From Podarcis erhardii (Eukaryota), in the NCBI GenBank assembly GCA_964252035.1, contig OZ176204.1: a DNA stretch of 64,000 nucleotides; one strand, given 5' to 3'. A program made the position numbers and the translations under genes. A model generated the notes under the pieces. It ran no database searches, was not told where the DNA came from, and worked only from the letters and a program-made list of their open reading frames with translations. Positions 34,721 to 46,960 of this stretch are shown one piece after another. Every line of letters starts with the position of its first letter. Within the stretch, counting starts at the first letter, position 1.

Positions 34721-36690
34721 GTGTTGGATGTATTGCTTGTATTCCTTGTATAATAGTTTTTAAAGCATTAAGCAATTTAGAAATACTTTATAATAAAATA
34801 AATGAGTTAACCTTGGGGGAGGGAGTTTCTCAGTTGGAGTGCTACCTCAGAAAGGATTTGTTGAGCCTAGAAAGCATGGAGGATAACTTTGGCAAAATTG
34901 TATCTGCCCAGAAGTTTATGGATTGGTTCCCTCACACTGCTACCACTAAACCGAATGTCACTTAAGCTACTTCCAAACCACACGCTCCAAGGATGTTCCG
35001 GCTAGTACAGAATCGAAAGCACTCAAGGTTCAGCCTACGGTTCAGTATTCTGAATGTGTAAATTGAGGGTGACTGATACTGTTTTGGATTATTGCTCGCT
35101 GCAGGAAACTCTCCTGAAGCGCCCATTTATTGTCCCTGGATGAGCTCCCCTCACTAGGAAAACATGGAGATTGCTGATGTTACCATCCAAATGATGGGAA
35201 CACAGAGATGTGTGGCGTGACACCATTTCCCAAATATTTCATAGAAAATATGCTATGTAAGGAGTTGCAACATTATAAAACAGAATTTTAATGTATATTT
35301 GCTATAGTGGGTTTAGTTTTTTGCATTTATTTCAGCATGTGCTCCAATGAAGACTTCATAGTACAGAAAACTTTCTCATAAGGTCTCAATTTGATATTCT
35401 TGACAGACATATTTAGGGCACTTACAATTCTGTCTTGTATGAAGTACTCCTCTTTGAAATAATAAAACCCCTAATATATATATGGCTTTTCAGCTTTAGA
35501 TACAGGGTTTATTATAAATGAGTAACAATAAATCCTCTCTTAAAGCTGATTCAGATGTTAAAGAAGGCAGGAAAGCTGCAGCCACAGTGATTCTCCCTCC
35601 TTCTGCTGTAGCAAGCAAAGTGAGGACATGAAGATTCGGTTCAAAAATGTATTTATCTCAGGTAACCCTTTGTGTGAGGACTTATATCCCATTCTTCCCA
35701 TATAGATCCAAAAGCAAAACCATAAGCCTAAAAGCTAGCAAGCAGCTTCAAAAGACATGGTCGTGCGATTCCAGAATTACTTGCTTTCTTCACTGCATAT
35801 CTCTGCTGCTCTCAACAGCTGCTGAAGAACCAATTATCAATTGCATCTCTACCTCAATTGCTGTTGGCTACTAGGCTCGAGAATACAGCAAGATTTACAT
35901 GTAGCAGATATCTGGAGGTCATTAGTACAGACTCTCTTGAGCAACTTTGCAGATCTTGGTATAATACTGCCATGTATGCAAAATGTCCTTTATTAAACTA
36001 GAATTTTGGGGAAAGCAAGCAGTTGAATGGGAAAGCCATGGCTCCTTCATGTAGCTGCCTTGAATGCATTTTGTGTTTTTGCTGTTCACTTAATGCACAC
36101 AGATGCATGAGGTATTTCAGATTTACAAATTTTGGAAGTATATATATATACACCCACCCACCCCCTAATCTTTGGGTTGGAAAGACTGGAACTATTCAAG
36201 GTTGAAAAGTGTATTCACATAAGTGGGAGCTGTATTTGAAGGCTCTTGAAAAAAGGCACACTTGATTCAATAGGCCTTGCTCAAAAAAATGCCTTCTGGG
36301 ATCCCCCCGCCCCCAAGTGAAAAGTGGTAATTATGCTTTCTATTATGGAAATGTATTCTAGTATTTAAACAGGTCACATTACATAATGGCATGCTTTTGC
36401 TTTCATTAAATCAGTTAGCTTATGGATACATTAATTTGTTTATCTGGAAAAACCTTGGTGAAAGACCGCATGGTCATTTAACACTCTGCTGCTTACTTAC
36501 CAACACCTTTTCTTCATTGCTGAAATTCAGTCAGACAAGTCATGTTATTTCCCCCCAATAACTGAAACTGCCATTTTGCGAGTTATCCTCTCCTTACTAT
36601 TCATTTGAATTGTTGCCCGGTAAAGCACAAATCGCTTGTTAACTAAAGGTTTATAAGTCATAATCACATGCTACTTTTGCCTTCTTCAGG

Positions 36691-36822
36691 TGGCCTATAG
36701 CTCAGTAGTAAAATACATAGTTTGCATGCAAAATTTTCCAGGTTCAACTTCTGCTATCTCCATGTGGTTGGGGAAAAAACCCTGTTTGAATCCCTGGAAG
36801 GCCATATCAGTCATTATAGGCC
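36691..36822 (+). mobile_element. Degraded tRNA-derived SINE
   Basis: A box-like tagctcagtagt and B box-like ggttcaacttc at tRNA spacing. Confidence 0.5.
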
Positions 36823-36990
36823 TGGGACCCCCAACCTGGTGCCCATGGACACCTCCTTGGCACCTGGCAAGGCCCCCAAACCACCAATTTTATTTTCACA
36901 ACTTTTTTTATACTTTCTGTTGGTTTTTTTTGAAGAATGCCTGGTTTTTCATCTGTTTATCCTCAAAAGATGTAAATGATGTGTTTGTTT

Positions 36991-37051
36991 GTGTGTATGT
37001 GTGTGAGAGAGAGAGGGCGCGCGCACGCGCGAGAGAGAGAGAGAGAGAGAG
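36991..37051. repeat. Compound (GT)(GA)(GC)(GA) microsatellite
   Basis: Seen directly. Confidence 0.9.
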
Positions 37052-37811
37052 GTTTCACCAACTTGGGGAACAACCAGTGGCACTCCTTACTTTTTATATT
37101 GTATATATTTGCAAACAAGCCACTGTGTTACACTTTTGAGCAAGATGTGTGGGATTTTTTATAATGGCAAACCTGTAAAGGACATTTCCATAGGCTTTGT
37201 TATGATGCTGTTTGTGAGAGAGATGGTAGCAGTGTAACTAATCCTGATAAAACCCTAAGAAGCAAATTATTGGAAGAATTCTCAGTACTTTCACCATATT
37301 ACAATTCCTAGTTTTCTTTTTGGAGGAAATTAAATTGGTATAGAACCACTTTATGTTGGCAGTGTAGGTGTATTTTCTGTATCCTACCCTTTTGCAATTA
37401 GTTACATGCTACACATTTAAAGCAGTTTTGAAACTTTTGCACTGTCAAGGCTTCTAACCAAGTAATCATTGTTACTGTGAAAGGGTTAGAGAGCCCAGTG
37501 TTTATTTTTAGATGATGGTGGTAAGTCCTGATGGGTATATATATTGCACGTGGCCTGTAGTTGTGTCTTATGTCAACAGTGTGGAAAAGAAAGAGGTTTT
37601 TCTTTTTCTTCCGAGAGCAGTATTGGGTAATACCTTATGCCTAATAAGTACTTTTTGGATCATGCGGATACATTTGAGTCAAGCATGTAAAGTGATAAAC
37701 AACCTGACATATTTTAAAAGTGATGGCTGTAAAATAACCACTGCCATGAGAAATTGCCATGAAATTGCCGCCCAGAGAGTCTGGGAAAACTCAGCCAGAT
37801 GGAGCAGGGAA

Positions 37812-37855
<44 letters not shown>
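37812..37855. repeat. (ATT)n microsatellite
   Basis: Seen directly. Confidence 0.95.
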
Positions 37856-37856
<1 letters not shown>

Positions 37857-39322
37857 ATGGATGTGTTTGTTGAAGTTCAAACAAAGCTGTATCCTCACAA
37901 ATGTTTCTAATAATGTATCATTTTTCATTGGATCCCTTCACCAAATTATCATTTGTTCTCCACCAAAAGACATTTACGTTGGATAATTCTCTTCTTAACC
38001 TTCTAAAACTTGTGCTACAGGCTTTTGTTAAAAAGTAAGTTGCTTATTTCATTGAAATCCATAGTACCACAATGGAATGGGCAGTTGGTTGGATGCATTC
38101 CAGAGTTATCAGGAACCATGAGGAACAAAGTTCTTCAAACCTTTAAAAATATTATTAAACTAAAATTCTCATTTGATAGATTGAAAGAATACGTGCCCCC
38201 ACTGATGCCCCTTTGTTCCCCCCTCCTAGTATTACCTTTTACAGGAGAGATGTCAGCATATGGTTACGATCTCTGTATTTTCTGACCAGATTTGGTTTCT
38301 GCAGAGTTCATGAGAAGATAAATTTTGTCCTAGTAATACTATAGTGACTCATAAATAAATGGTTACCCTTTGGTGCTTACAGTTTTCATTAAAGCGGCCT
38401 GAGCTTTGTTATTGACACCATAGGTTGCCTATTCAGGGAAATGCAGTAAAATTTATCAGTGTGCTTTCTACACCTAATAAATCATCCAAGCAGGGAACCA
38501 TATGGCAGATAAGACCTTGAAAATGTGGCTTCAGCATGTGAACAGTCAAGTTGCTGAAATCTTGAATGATTACAGCCGGTGCATTTTCCTCTGGAATATC
38601 TTACAGTTATTATACATGCCATTCTCTTGTTCACCCTGTCCCCTCTTCCCCCTTTCTTTCTTTCTTTCTCTCCTTTCTTTTTATTTCATTCTTTTGTTTG
38701 TTCTCTTCCTCTTCATTTTTGTTGTTGGAAGAGCTGCTGTTTCTGGAGAGAGAAAAAACACCCTTCTAAAGCCGATAAGACATTTTTATAATGCCTTGCT
38801 GGTAGTAGGAAAGAGGGGCAGGGAGGAGCAGAGACTGATGGGAAAGGATGATATATGTGGCGGCTGTGTCCCAACTCTCCTCTAGCCCATTGTCATTAAT
38901 CATAGCTATTAGGGATTTTCCCCCCCAGAGCTGCCTTGTCTGCACACTGCGTCAGAAAAGCCATTGTGTTCTTTTCATGCCACAACCCAGAGGAAGGGGG
39001 AAAACCATCAGCAATACTCCTCTACTACCACCACCACCTCTGCCAGAATTTCCCTTCTCTAAAGGGGAAACAGAGTTCAGTTGGCCATCTCTGCCAATGG
39101 GTAAGCACTTATCCAGTGGCACAATCACAGACCTCAGGATTTTAAGGCATGTTTGTTCAGTAGTGGCTTTCTTGTATGCTCAGTGTACTGTTAGTGTTTT
39201 TGTCTTTTACTAAAGTGTTATATAAGATTTTCCCATGGCTACTTGCAATCACAGGAACATTGGAAAGGTAGCAGGGCTCTGATTTATAAAGCATTTGCAA
39301 AGCAATGGTTTAAGACCATGTA

Positions 39323-39459
39323 CACGGGGCTTTTTTTCAGCCGGAACTCGTCAGAACTCAGTTCTGGCACCTCTCAGGTGCATGCCATTGCCTTTCTAAG
39401 AGAACAAGGGAGACATTCATAGTGAGTTCCGGAACCTCTTTTTCTAGAAAAACAGCATG
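39323..39459. mobile_element. Short MITE, probably hAT-like
   Basis: ggggctttttttcagccggaactc...gagttccggaacctctttttctagaaaaacagc with an internal ggaactc/gagttcc inverted pair; TSD not clean. Confidence 0.5.
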
Positions 39460-39805
39460 TAGGGTTTGAAATGCACAGGGTTCATTTTTTTGCCAACTGC
39501 TTTTGTACATAGTGCATTGCTTTGTGCAATGTTGTTGTCTAAAGCATGAGTCCATACTGTCTGTACATCCAGGCTGTTGGCAAAGTAGAATGCATCAATG
39601 GTCTCTGCTCCCCTCCCTTCAGTTAGTTTTATGATGTAACACCTTGCTGTGTACACAAAATTATTTCCTCATATATTTTCTGGTGTGTTTTTCAGTATAC
39701 CAGAAGTCTGGAAGGAGAGGGGAGTAGCACTACCCTAGGTCTGCCCTAATAGGAGGTGATCTAATAAAACATTATCTGTGCACAGCTGGGGGCAGCAAGC
39801 ACTTG

Positions 39806-39950
39806 AGAATCATAGAATTGTAGAGTTGGAAGGGACCCTGAGAATCATATAGTCCAGCCCTCTGCAGTGCAGGAATATGCAGCTGTTCCATATGGGGATC
39901 AAAGTTGCAACCTTGGTATTATTAGCACCATGCTCTAACCGACTGAACTC
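39806..39950 (-). mobile_element. tRNA-headed SINE with a CR1-type 3' end
   Basis: Minus strand: tRNA-like head (gagttcagtcggttagagcatggtgctaataat...ggttgcaactttgatcccc) joined to the CR1 end ...cagggtcccttccaactctacaattctatgattct. Confidence 0.65.
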
Positions 39951-40511
39951 TCTAGGAGAACGACATTCTCAATACAAAACGGATTAAAACCATTTCTGCA
40001 GAATGTGCTTTAGACAGAGATGACATGGGAATGACATCATGTGAACTGCACGCCCCAAAGTGTGCCTACATCCAGCGCTGAATGCACATAATCACACAGT
40101 GTGCCCACACCCTAAGTGGCGTGGTTCTGTGGTATATGGGAAAGGAAATAACTATTGCCAGGTGACTATGTGGCACTTGTGTGTGTCTGAATCTCCTAAT
40201 CCTGGGGTGAAAATGAAAAACTCCTTCAATCAAACATTGCTTGGGTTTTAATGAAACAATAAGATTGGTGGATGGGGATGAGTTTAGTCTTCCATGTTGT
40301 AGGAGTCTTAAATATGAGTCTCTGGCCTAGATTCAGCTAATCTGGCATGTTAGCAGAAGCACACCCTCCGTGCCTCCTCCAAATCCCTTCTGGGGTAGTC
40401 AGGAAAAACCCAGGAACAGTGTGTGAGGGGAGAATCCTTTTGTCTGACAAGCAGAAATGCTTGAAATGACAGAAAGATCAGAAGAGTCTGATGCTGAATT
40501 CCTCCCTCTAA

Positions 40512-40555
40512 AATTAAAAGACATCCTAGCACAATTAAAAGACATCCTAGCACAA
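40512..40555. repeat. 21-bp perfect tandem duplication
   Basis: aattaaaagacatcctagcac twice. Confidence 0.9.
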
Positions 40556-40992
40556 CCCACCCGGCACTGCAATTTTTGTGGGGGAAGGCACAAACCCTTC
40601 AAAGTAAATACTATAGAATGAGCAACAAAAGTGCTTGCTCAGCTCCATTCTTTCTTAGTGTTTTCTGAAAATAATGTACATAAAGTTTGTTAAATAAATA
40701 AATAAATAAATAAGATGCAAACATCCGGGTGCCAGGGAGAATAAGCAAAGTGTAGATAAGAAGCAAAGTGTAGATAAACATCATAAGCATCGCAGGTACT
40801 CTGCCTCAAGACTGCAGGCACAAACACCCATGAGAAGTGCCAACTCGACTTCTGAGACTGAGGCTTCAAGAACATGACACCCAACAGAGCTAGCAAAGAG
40901 TGGGTGACAAGAGGTTGGGAGGCCTTGCTTCAGAAAACAATCTCTAAGCGTCCATGAGCCCCTTCTTCCAAGCACCATAAGGAATGCAGATA

Positions 40993-41201
40993 CAGTGGTA
41001 CCTCAGGTTACAGATGCTTCAGGTTACAGACTCTGCTAACCCAGAAATAGTACCTTAGGTTAAGAACTTTGCTTCAGGATGAGAACAGAAATCGCACGAT
41101 GGTGGTGCGGCAGAAGCAGGAGGCCCCATTAGCTAAAATGGTACCTCAGGTTAAGAACGGACCTCCTGAACGAATTAAGTTCTTAACCCGAGGTACCACT
41201 G
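40993..41201. mobile_element. Tc1/mariner (Tigger/pogo-like) MITE, opposite orientation to 1656-1884
   Basis: TIRs cagtggtacctcaggtta ... taacccgaggtaccactg; TA on both sides. Confidence 0.85.
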
Positions 41202-43597
41202 TAACATGAATGGCTGCAAAGTGACCCTCATCCCTTGCTGTTGCAAAGCATTTGTTTTTTGTAACACAAAAACCAATGCAAACATGTTCCCAACGTTGTG
41301 ACTGTAGAAACATTGATACCCCACCAAGACTCAAGATGCCTCCTTGGAGGGGTGGGGTGAAACTTGGAATGTAGATTCTATGTGCAAACCTCCTCCCAAC
41401 CACCAGGCAAGACGGCCGTTGACTGACTGTGGTAACTGTTGTGGTATTATGGTAGCCTTTCTGTGTGGCCCTGGTTTGTTCATATTTACTTGCAAGAAGG
41501 ATTCAACTCCCTCCCTTGGAGTAGGGTGGTTATGTTTTGCTGTTGCCACATACCGATTGAGGCCTTTCCTACATGAGTGCTGTGTTGTTGCGAGTGAAAT
41601 ATCATGTTTGCTAGGTGGCAGTAGAGCTTCCATGGGTGTCATGAGAGTTGATATATATGTTACTACATTACTGCATGCTTCTCCAGACTCTTATGCATTT
41701 GTTGTTGCTGCTGGTCAAGCATTGGCTTGCACCTGTGACAGAGCAGCCAACAGCATAACAGGACCACAGGGTGAGGCTGTAACACAAGCACCTGTGTACG
41801 AGAGACTAGTAAAAGTTAATGTGAGCTAGTGACTTCTGTTAACCTATTTACAAGGTTGCAGTTATTTTATCTTGACTTTTATCGTAATCTGTGTTGAGTG
41901 ATTGCCATTAACTACTCCATACTCAATAATAATGGATTAACTAGAGAATTAGCAATGATTTTGTTTCTGCATCTTGGTTTCCACTTGCATTGAGTGTTTG
42001 CAAGAAATGTTAGTTTCTATGGGTGGTTGAAGGGGAAATGAGGCATTGTGGTTCTTGTAGCTATCACCACCACCACCACCACCACCACCACCGTTGTCAT
42101 TTATAATTTATTTTATATAATGTTTTCTGGCCCAAAGGCTCCCAAAACAGCAAGCAACATAGGAAAACAAAATATAATACAATAAAACCCCCAAAACCAA
42201 TCAGCAAGCAATCACAACAAAGGAAGTCCAGAGAAAAGTCTTCCCAAGCTGGAGGGGAAAGGTGTTCTCACCAACCATACATGCTGCACATTTTGGGTTT
42301 GGGAATAAAGAGAAATGCCTTCTTTTATTTTTATTTTTACAAAAGCTGACTCCCAACTAGAAGAATTTACGGTGCTCTCACTTCCCATTCTACCTATTCA
42401 GCAAGCAAGTAATCCATTTTTCAGCCAATAATATTTATCAGGAAATCTTAGAATAGAGTCCAGTACCCTATTCCATGGTTTCTAGGCAAGTACAGCCATC
42501 TGAAGGTTCAGATAAAAAGGATGTGGCCCTTGCTGTTATGCCACACCAACAGAATGACCCAAAGCAGCCTTTGATAATGATCCATCCTGATGTCAGCTGG
42601 TGTCCTATGTGCTTGCTGGTTGGTCTCCAAGTGTGGTAGAAATGGAAAATATATCCTTAGAGTCCCAGCTTGTTCATGCTGCAAACTACAGTTTAAGAAC
42701 TAAAGAACCATGTAGTTCTCACCCTTTGACTCCTGCCTTTTGCTAAGGTACCGACTTTGTTACCTGAGGAGGAGGGGAGAAGTCAGGAGTTTCTGGTGTT
42801 ATGGGCCCTCTTCATGTCTAACTCAACCCACCACCCACCCTCAGTAGCAAATACAGCTGCTAAATTATCTCTTAAATAATTTGTGCAAATTAAAATCATC
42901 CAATGTGTTGCAATTTTGAATTCCAGGTTTTAGCATTTGAAATTTTAATATTAGCGATACTGAACTGGAGAAAACATAGTCAAATTTCATTCTCAGTTTT
43001 TGTGATTTGCTGTATTCATTGGAAAGAAAAGTGTATTGAACTGTAGTACTACCCAGAATTAAAATTGTCTCAAATAAAAGGGTGACTGAAGCTGAAATTT
43101 GATGGATGATGGACATGCAATGTACTTTATTCCTATCCTTCTTAATGTCTTGGAGAAGCGTGGAGGGGAAAAGCAAAGCTGATGAAGGCTTGATGCATGT
43201 GGAAAAAACTAGGGACATTTATTGAAAGTCCTTCCAGTGGTGTATTAGATACCACTTCCTTTTTCTCTTTGGTAGCCTTGCCTATGATTTTTATTTTCTG
43301 CAAAGTCATACATTTTTAGCTGGGAATGCAGTCTGTGCCAAATGGTTCACCTTGTCTTGAGTAATGAGTATAAACAACTGGTCACTGCACTGACCAATGA
43401 AACTAATAAAGATATATGGCATTGGGTTTGCTTGGGGAGTCACACACACACTCTTAAACTATATGTGACATTTATACCAAAGTAACATGATTCCAAACTC
43501 ATTCGCTCACTGCTTAAGAATTCTGAAGAACAACAACTCTTTTGACTGATGGTTTGCTAAATTTAATATGCTTAGCAAGTGAAATTATTGCCTACTC

Positions 43598-43739
43598 NNN
43601 NNNNNNNNNNNNNNNNNNNNNNNNNNNNNNNNNNNNNNNNNNNNNNNNNNNNNNNNNNNNNNNNNNNNNNNNNNNNNNNNNNNNNNNNNNNNNNNNNNNN
43701 NNNNNNNNNNNNNNNNNNNNNNNNNNNNNNNNNNNNNNN
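43598..43739. other. N-run (142 bp)
   Basis: Seen directly. Confidence 0.98.
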
Positions 43740-44583
43740 CACTGAGATATGCGTGTGGAAATAAATTATGCACAAGGTAAGCTGTTTTGCTATACAGTAC
43801 CCATAATATTAATTAAACTGTAATTTTATCAACAAAGCTTTAATTTAACAAATAAACAGGAATCATCTGTACTGTTCTTTCAAATATACAACTTTGGGAC
43901 TATAATAAAGCACTCAGGAGCACCAGCAATTAATTTTAAAGCAAATAGTGTGACTAGCAACTTTAAAGGGTAATTGTAATTTATTTATTTGGCTAACATT
44001 GAGTATAATTACAGTTATAATGCATTATTATTTTCATACCAGTGTTAGATGTAGATGTATCTTGCATACAATTAAGCAGGCAGGTAGAATAACAACCGTA
44101 TGCCGTTTCTGAACTAATAAGGGGCTCTTGAATTCCTTGAAGGGAAAGGCGGGATATGAACGTAACTAATAATTAAGCTTGCACAATAAAACATAGATAA
44201 AGTGTGTTTGAGCCATACCTTTGTCTTAATGTGTGTTAATTTACTTTATAATAGATATTTGTCAGTTTCTCCCCTTTCATTTGTGGAAAGTCACTAGATG
44301 CCATCTATAATAGGTCTGTAAATTGTCGGTATAGCTGGCTGCAATTGTAACCAGGCCTTGTGTGTTGCAGTATTGCAAATGTTAAAAATAAGTGACTGTG
44401 GCAGTTCTGGCTGGCATTATTTTTAAAAGCTTCTGCTTGTGTTGTTGTTGTTGGTTTTTTTTTTTTTAAAGAGTCTAGAGAAATGGTATTATATGAGAGA
44501 AATACCATTGCAGAAAAAGGAAGCAATTATACTGTGCTGTTTGTTTGTGGCTAACAGAATGCTGAAAAAGCAGATTTGCAAAT

Positions 44584-44715
44584 NNNNNNNNNNNNNNNNN
44601 NNNNNNNNNNNNNNNNNNNNNNNNNNNNNNNNNNNNNNNNNNNNNNNNNNNNNNNNNNNNNNNNNNNNNNNNNNNNNNNNNNNNNNNNNNNNNNNNNNNN
44701 NNNNNNNNNNNNNNN
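44584..44715. other. N-run (132 bp)
   Basis: Seen directly. Confidence 0.98.
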
Positions 44716-46763
44716 GAACTAATTTGCGCTGGATTAGGTTGTTTGTCTCTGCTGCTGACTAACCATGCAGTCTATCAGGGGCCATTTTCAAATATCACTT
44801 TTCAACTGTGCCCTTGAGAGGAGGAATTGATCAGGAATATATAGAACAAAATTACTCCAATAACTTTATAGAAAAAACAATTACGGAATCATATCGATGT
44901 GAATAATTGTGAAAAGAAGAAAATAAATGCAATGAGTTTCCCTATTTTTTATCTTTTCATCACAGTCACATTTTTATGAATTATAGAAACAGTCTTCCTT
45001 TGTCCCTATCAGGAAGATGTTTGCAGTGCTTTGAGGTGAACATTGCGTTATGAAGTCTAACCTGATGTGGACTTTATGGAGCAAGTGATGGAGTTAACAC
45101 ACATTTGCACTGAATGCAAAACTGTTATAATCTCCAGAGTAGAAGGTTTCATTTACAAATGCAAAAAGGCCTGGGGCTGATTCCAACACTAGTTCCTCCA
45201 AACCATGGTTTGTAAATTGGGAGCCAGTCTTTGGAACAAGTCTTCTGACCTCTCTGGAACAATGTCTTTCTCCCTACTTGGCATTAACCATGATTTGATA
45301 TTACATGTACAGGGACACAATCCATATTTTCATCACAAACCAGAGGCTGAAACTGCAGGTTGAAGTGAGTTTGGAAACCAGTGTTTAACACTGGTGAACT
45401 TAAAATGTGAAGCAATGGGTAATGCTGGAAACAGAAGCAGAGGGGAGCAGAACATGAACTCTGAAAGCTGGCCTCCAGTTTTGCAAACCATAGTTTTCAG
45501 GTGCCTACTATTACTTGTGCAGTGACTATGTGGGTGCAGAGATATATTTGAAGTTGTTGTAGCTAAAGAGGTGGGAGTAAATTTAAAACCTCTAATCAAA
45601 GTTTTAAAACTCCATGAGAATTACCATTCCACCTTTTTTAAGGACAGCTGATTTTTCCCCAGTGTCCTAAAAAGCATGGGGTGCCTCTTCAGATACAAAA
45701 GGGTCCCTGCTGTGATACAGTTGGCTTCTACCAGTTGGAAGGCAACTGAAGTAGCAAGAGAAGGAGGCAGAGTTAACATGCTCATCCCTGCTGCTCCCTA
45801 TTTTGTCCACTTAACACTTGAAAGTAACACCTGAAAAAGGGTGTAGTTTAGTACAGATATGCAGATAAGTCCACAGTCTCATTACAGATCTGGTTTCTAC
45901 TGTAAAGATGGTGGGAGCCTGTGCTGTAACTTCCCCCAGGCTGCTTATGAATTTAAAATCTTCTTTAGATCACTGTAGGCAAACCATGAGCTGTAAGCAG
46001 GTTTTGCCCTATGGTTTACAGCTTATGGTTTGTCTGAGAGAGTTAAACCATGAGCCTGGGTTTTTAAAATGCACTAAGCCTTACCAAAACTTAGCGTAGT
46101 ACAGCTATAAAATGACCAGGGAGGAACGAAGTGGATCACAATCTTTACAGAAGTCAGTGTTAGCTTGTTAGTTCTAAGCTATGTTTTGGGTTTAAGTTAC
46201 ATTCAAACAAGGGCAATAAATATATACATAGGTTTAAAGACATACATACAAGGGTGTTGTGTGTGTGGATTTTATAATAGCAAAAAAAGGTTTAATTTTA
46301 TGAAGTGTTCTTGTTTTTGCTGTTGTTGAAGGTTGCAGATTTTTTCTTCCTGTCCTACAAAAAGATTATAGATGATAGAGTAATATGAAGAAGGGAAAAT
46401 CTGGCTTTGCAGCAGATAACCAATCCTGAGGCATTTATAAGATGCTCTAGATTAGCTAGCAAACAAAAAAAGCTATTAAGCACCTATTATTTTAAAGTGG
46501 TGGGTACATTTTTCATCACTTTCCTCTGATGAATTTTCACTTGTGCATCCTGCTGGAGGTAATTAATTGCTTTCAGTTCAGGGGAGTAATAATGCAATAA
46601 ATTATGCTGGTATTTCTTGTCAGAGAAGAATCATATTGCTCCTTCCTTACTAAAGCACTGCTAATAACAATCTAGTCAAAGTCAGATGCTAAAATGGAGT
46701 GTGCAGTGTTAGAAACTGGTTATGTATACAACTCAAGATTGAAACCTAATTAAGATTGCCACA

Positions 46764-46960
46764 GTTACAGATAGGTAGCCGTGTTGGTCTGCCATAGTCA
46801 AAACAAAAAAATTCCTTCCAGTAGCACCTTAAAGACCAACTAAGTCAGTTCTTGGTATGAGCTTTCGTGTGCATGCACACTTCTGCACACGAAAGCTCAT
46901 ACCAAGAACTGACTTAGTTGGTCTTTAAGGTGCTACTGGAAGGAATTTTTTTGTTTTGAC
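46764..46960. mobile_element. Penelope pLTR fold-back (inverted) insertion
   Basis: pLTR 3' end followed by its inverted copy; perfect 79-bp arms (46795-46873, 46884-46962) with a 10-nt loop; 13-bp TSD taagattgccaca at 46751-46763 and 46961-46973. Confidence 0.9.

Noticed and set aside
36440-36680. Minus-strand donor-like ttg|gtaagtaag in unique sequence
   Set aside because: All three upstream frames contain stops; a lone donor match is expected by chance in 64 kb.
37512-37986. ORFs ending in poly-Tyr or containing poly-Ile, and similar microsatellite-derived ORFs elsewhere
   Set aside because: Translations of simple repeats.
41204-41830. 161-aa plus-strand ORF and a vague zinc-knuckle-like CF....EGHFA on minus
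   Set aside because: Cys spacing is wrong for CCHC and there are no other gag or pol motifs.
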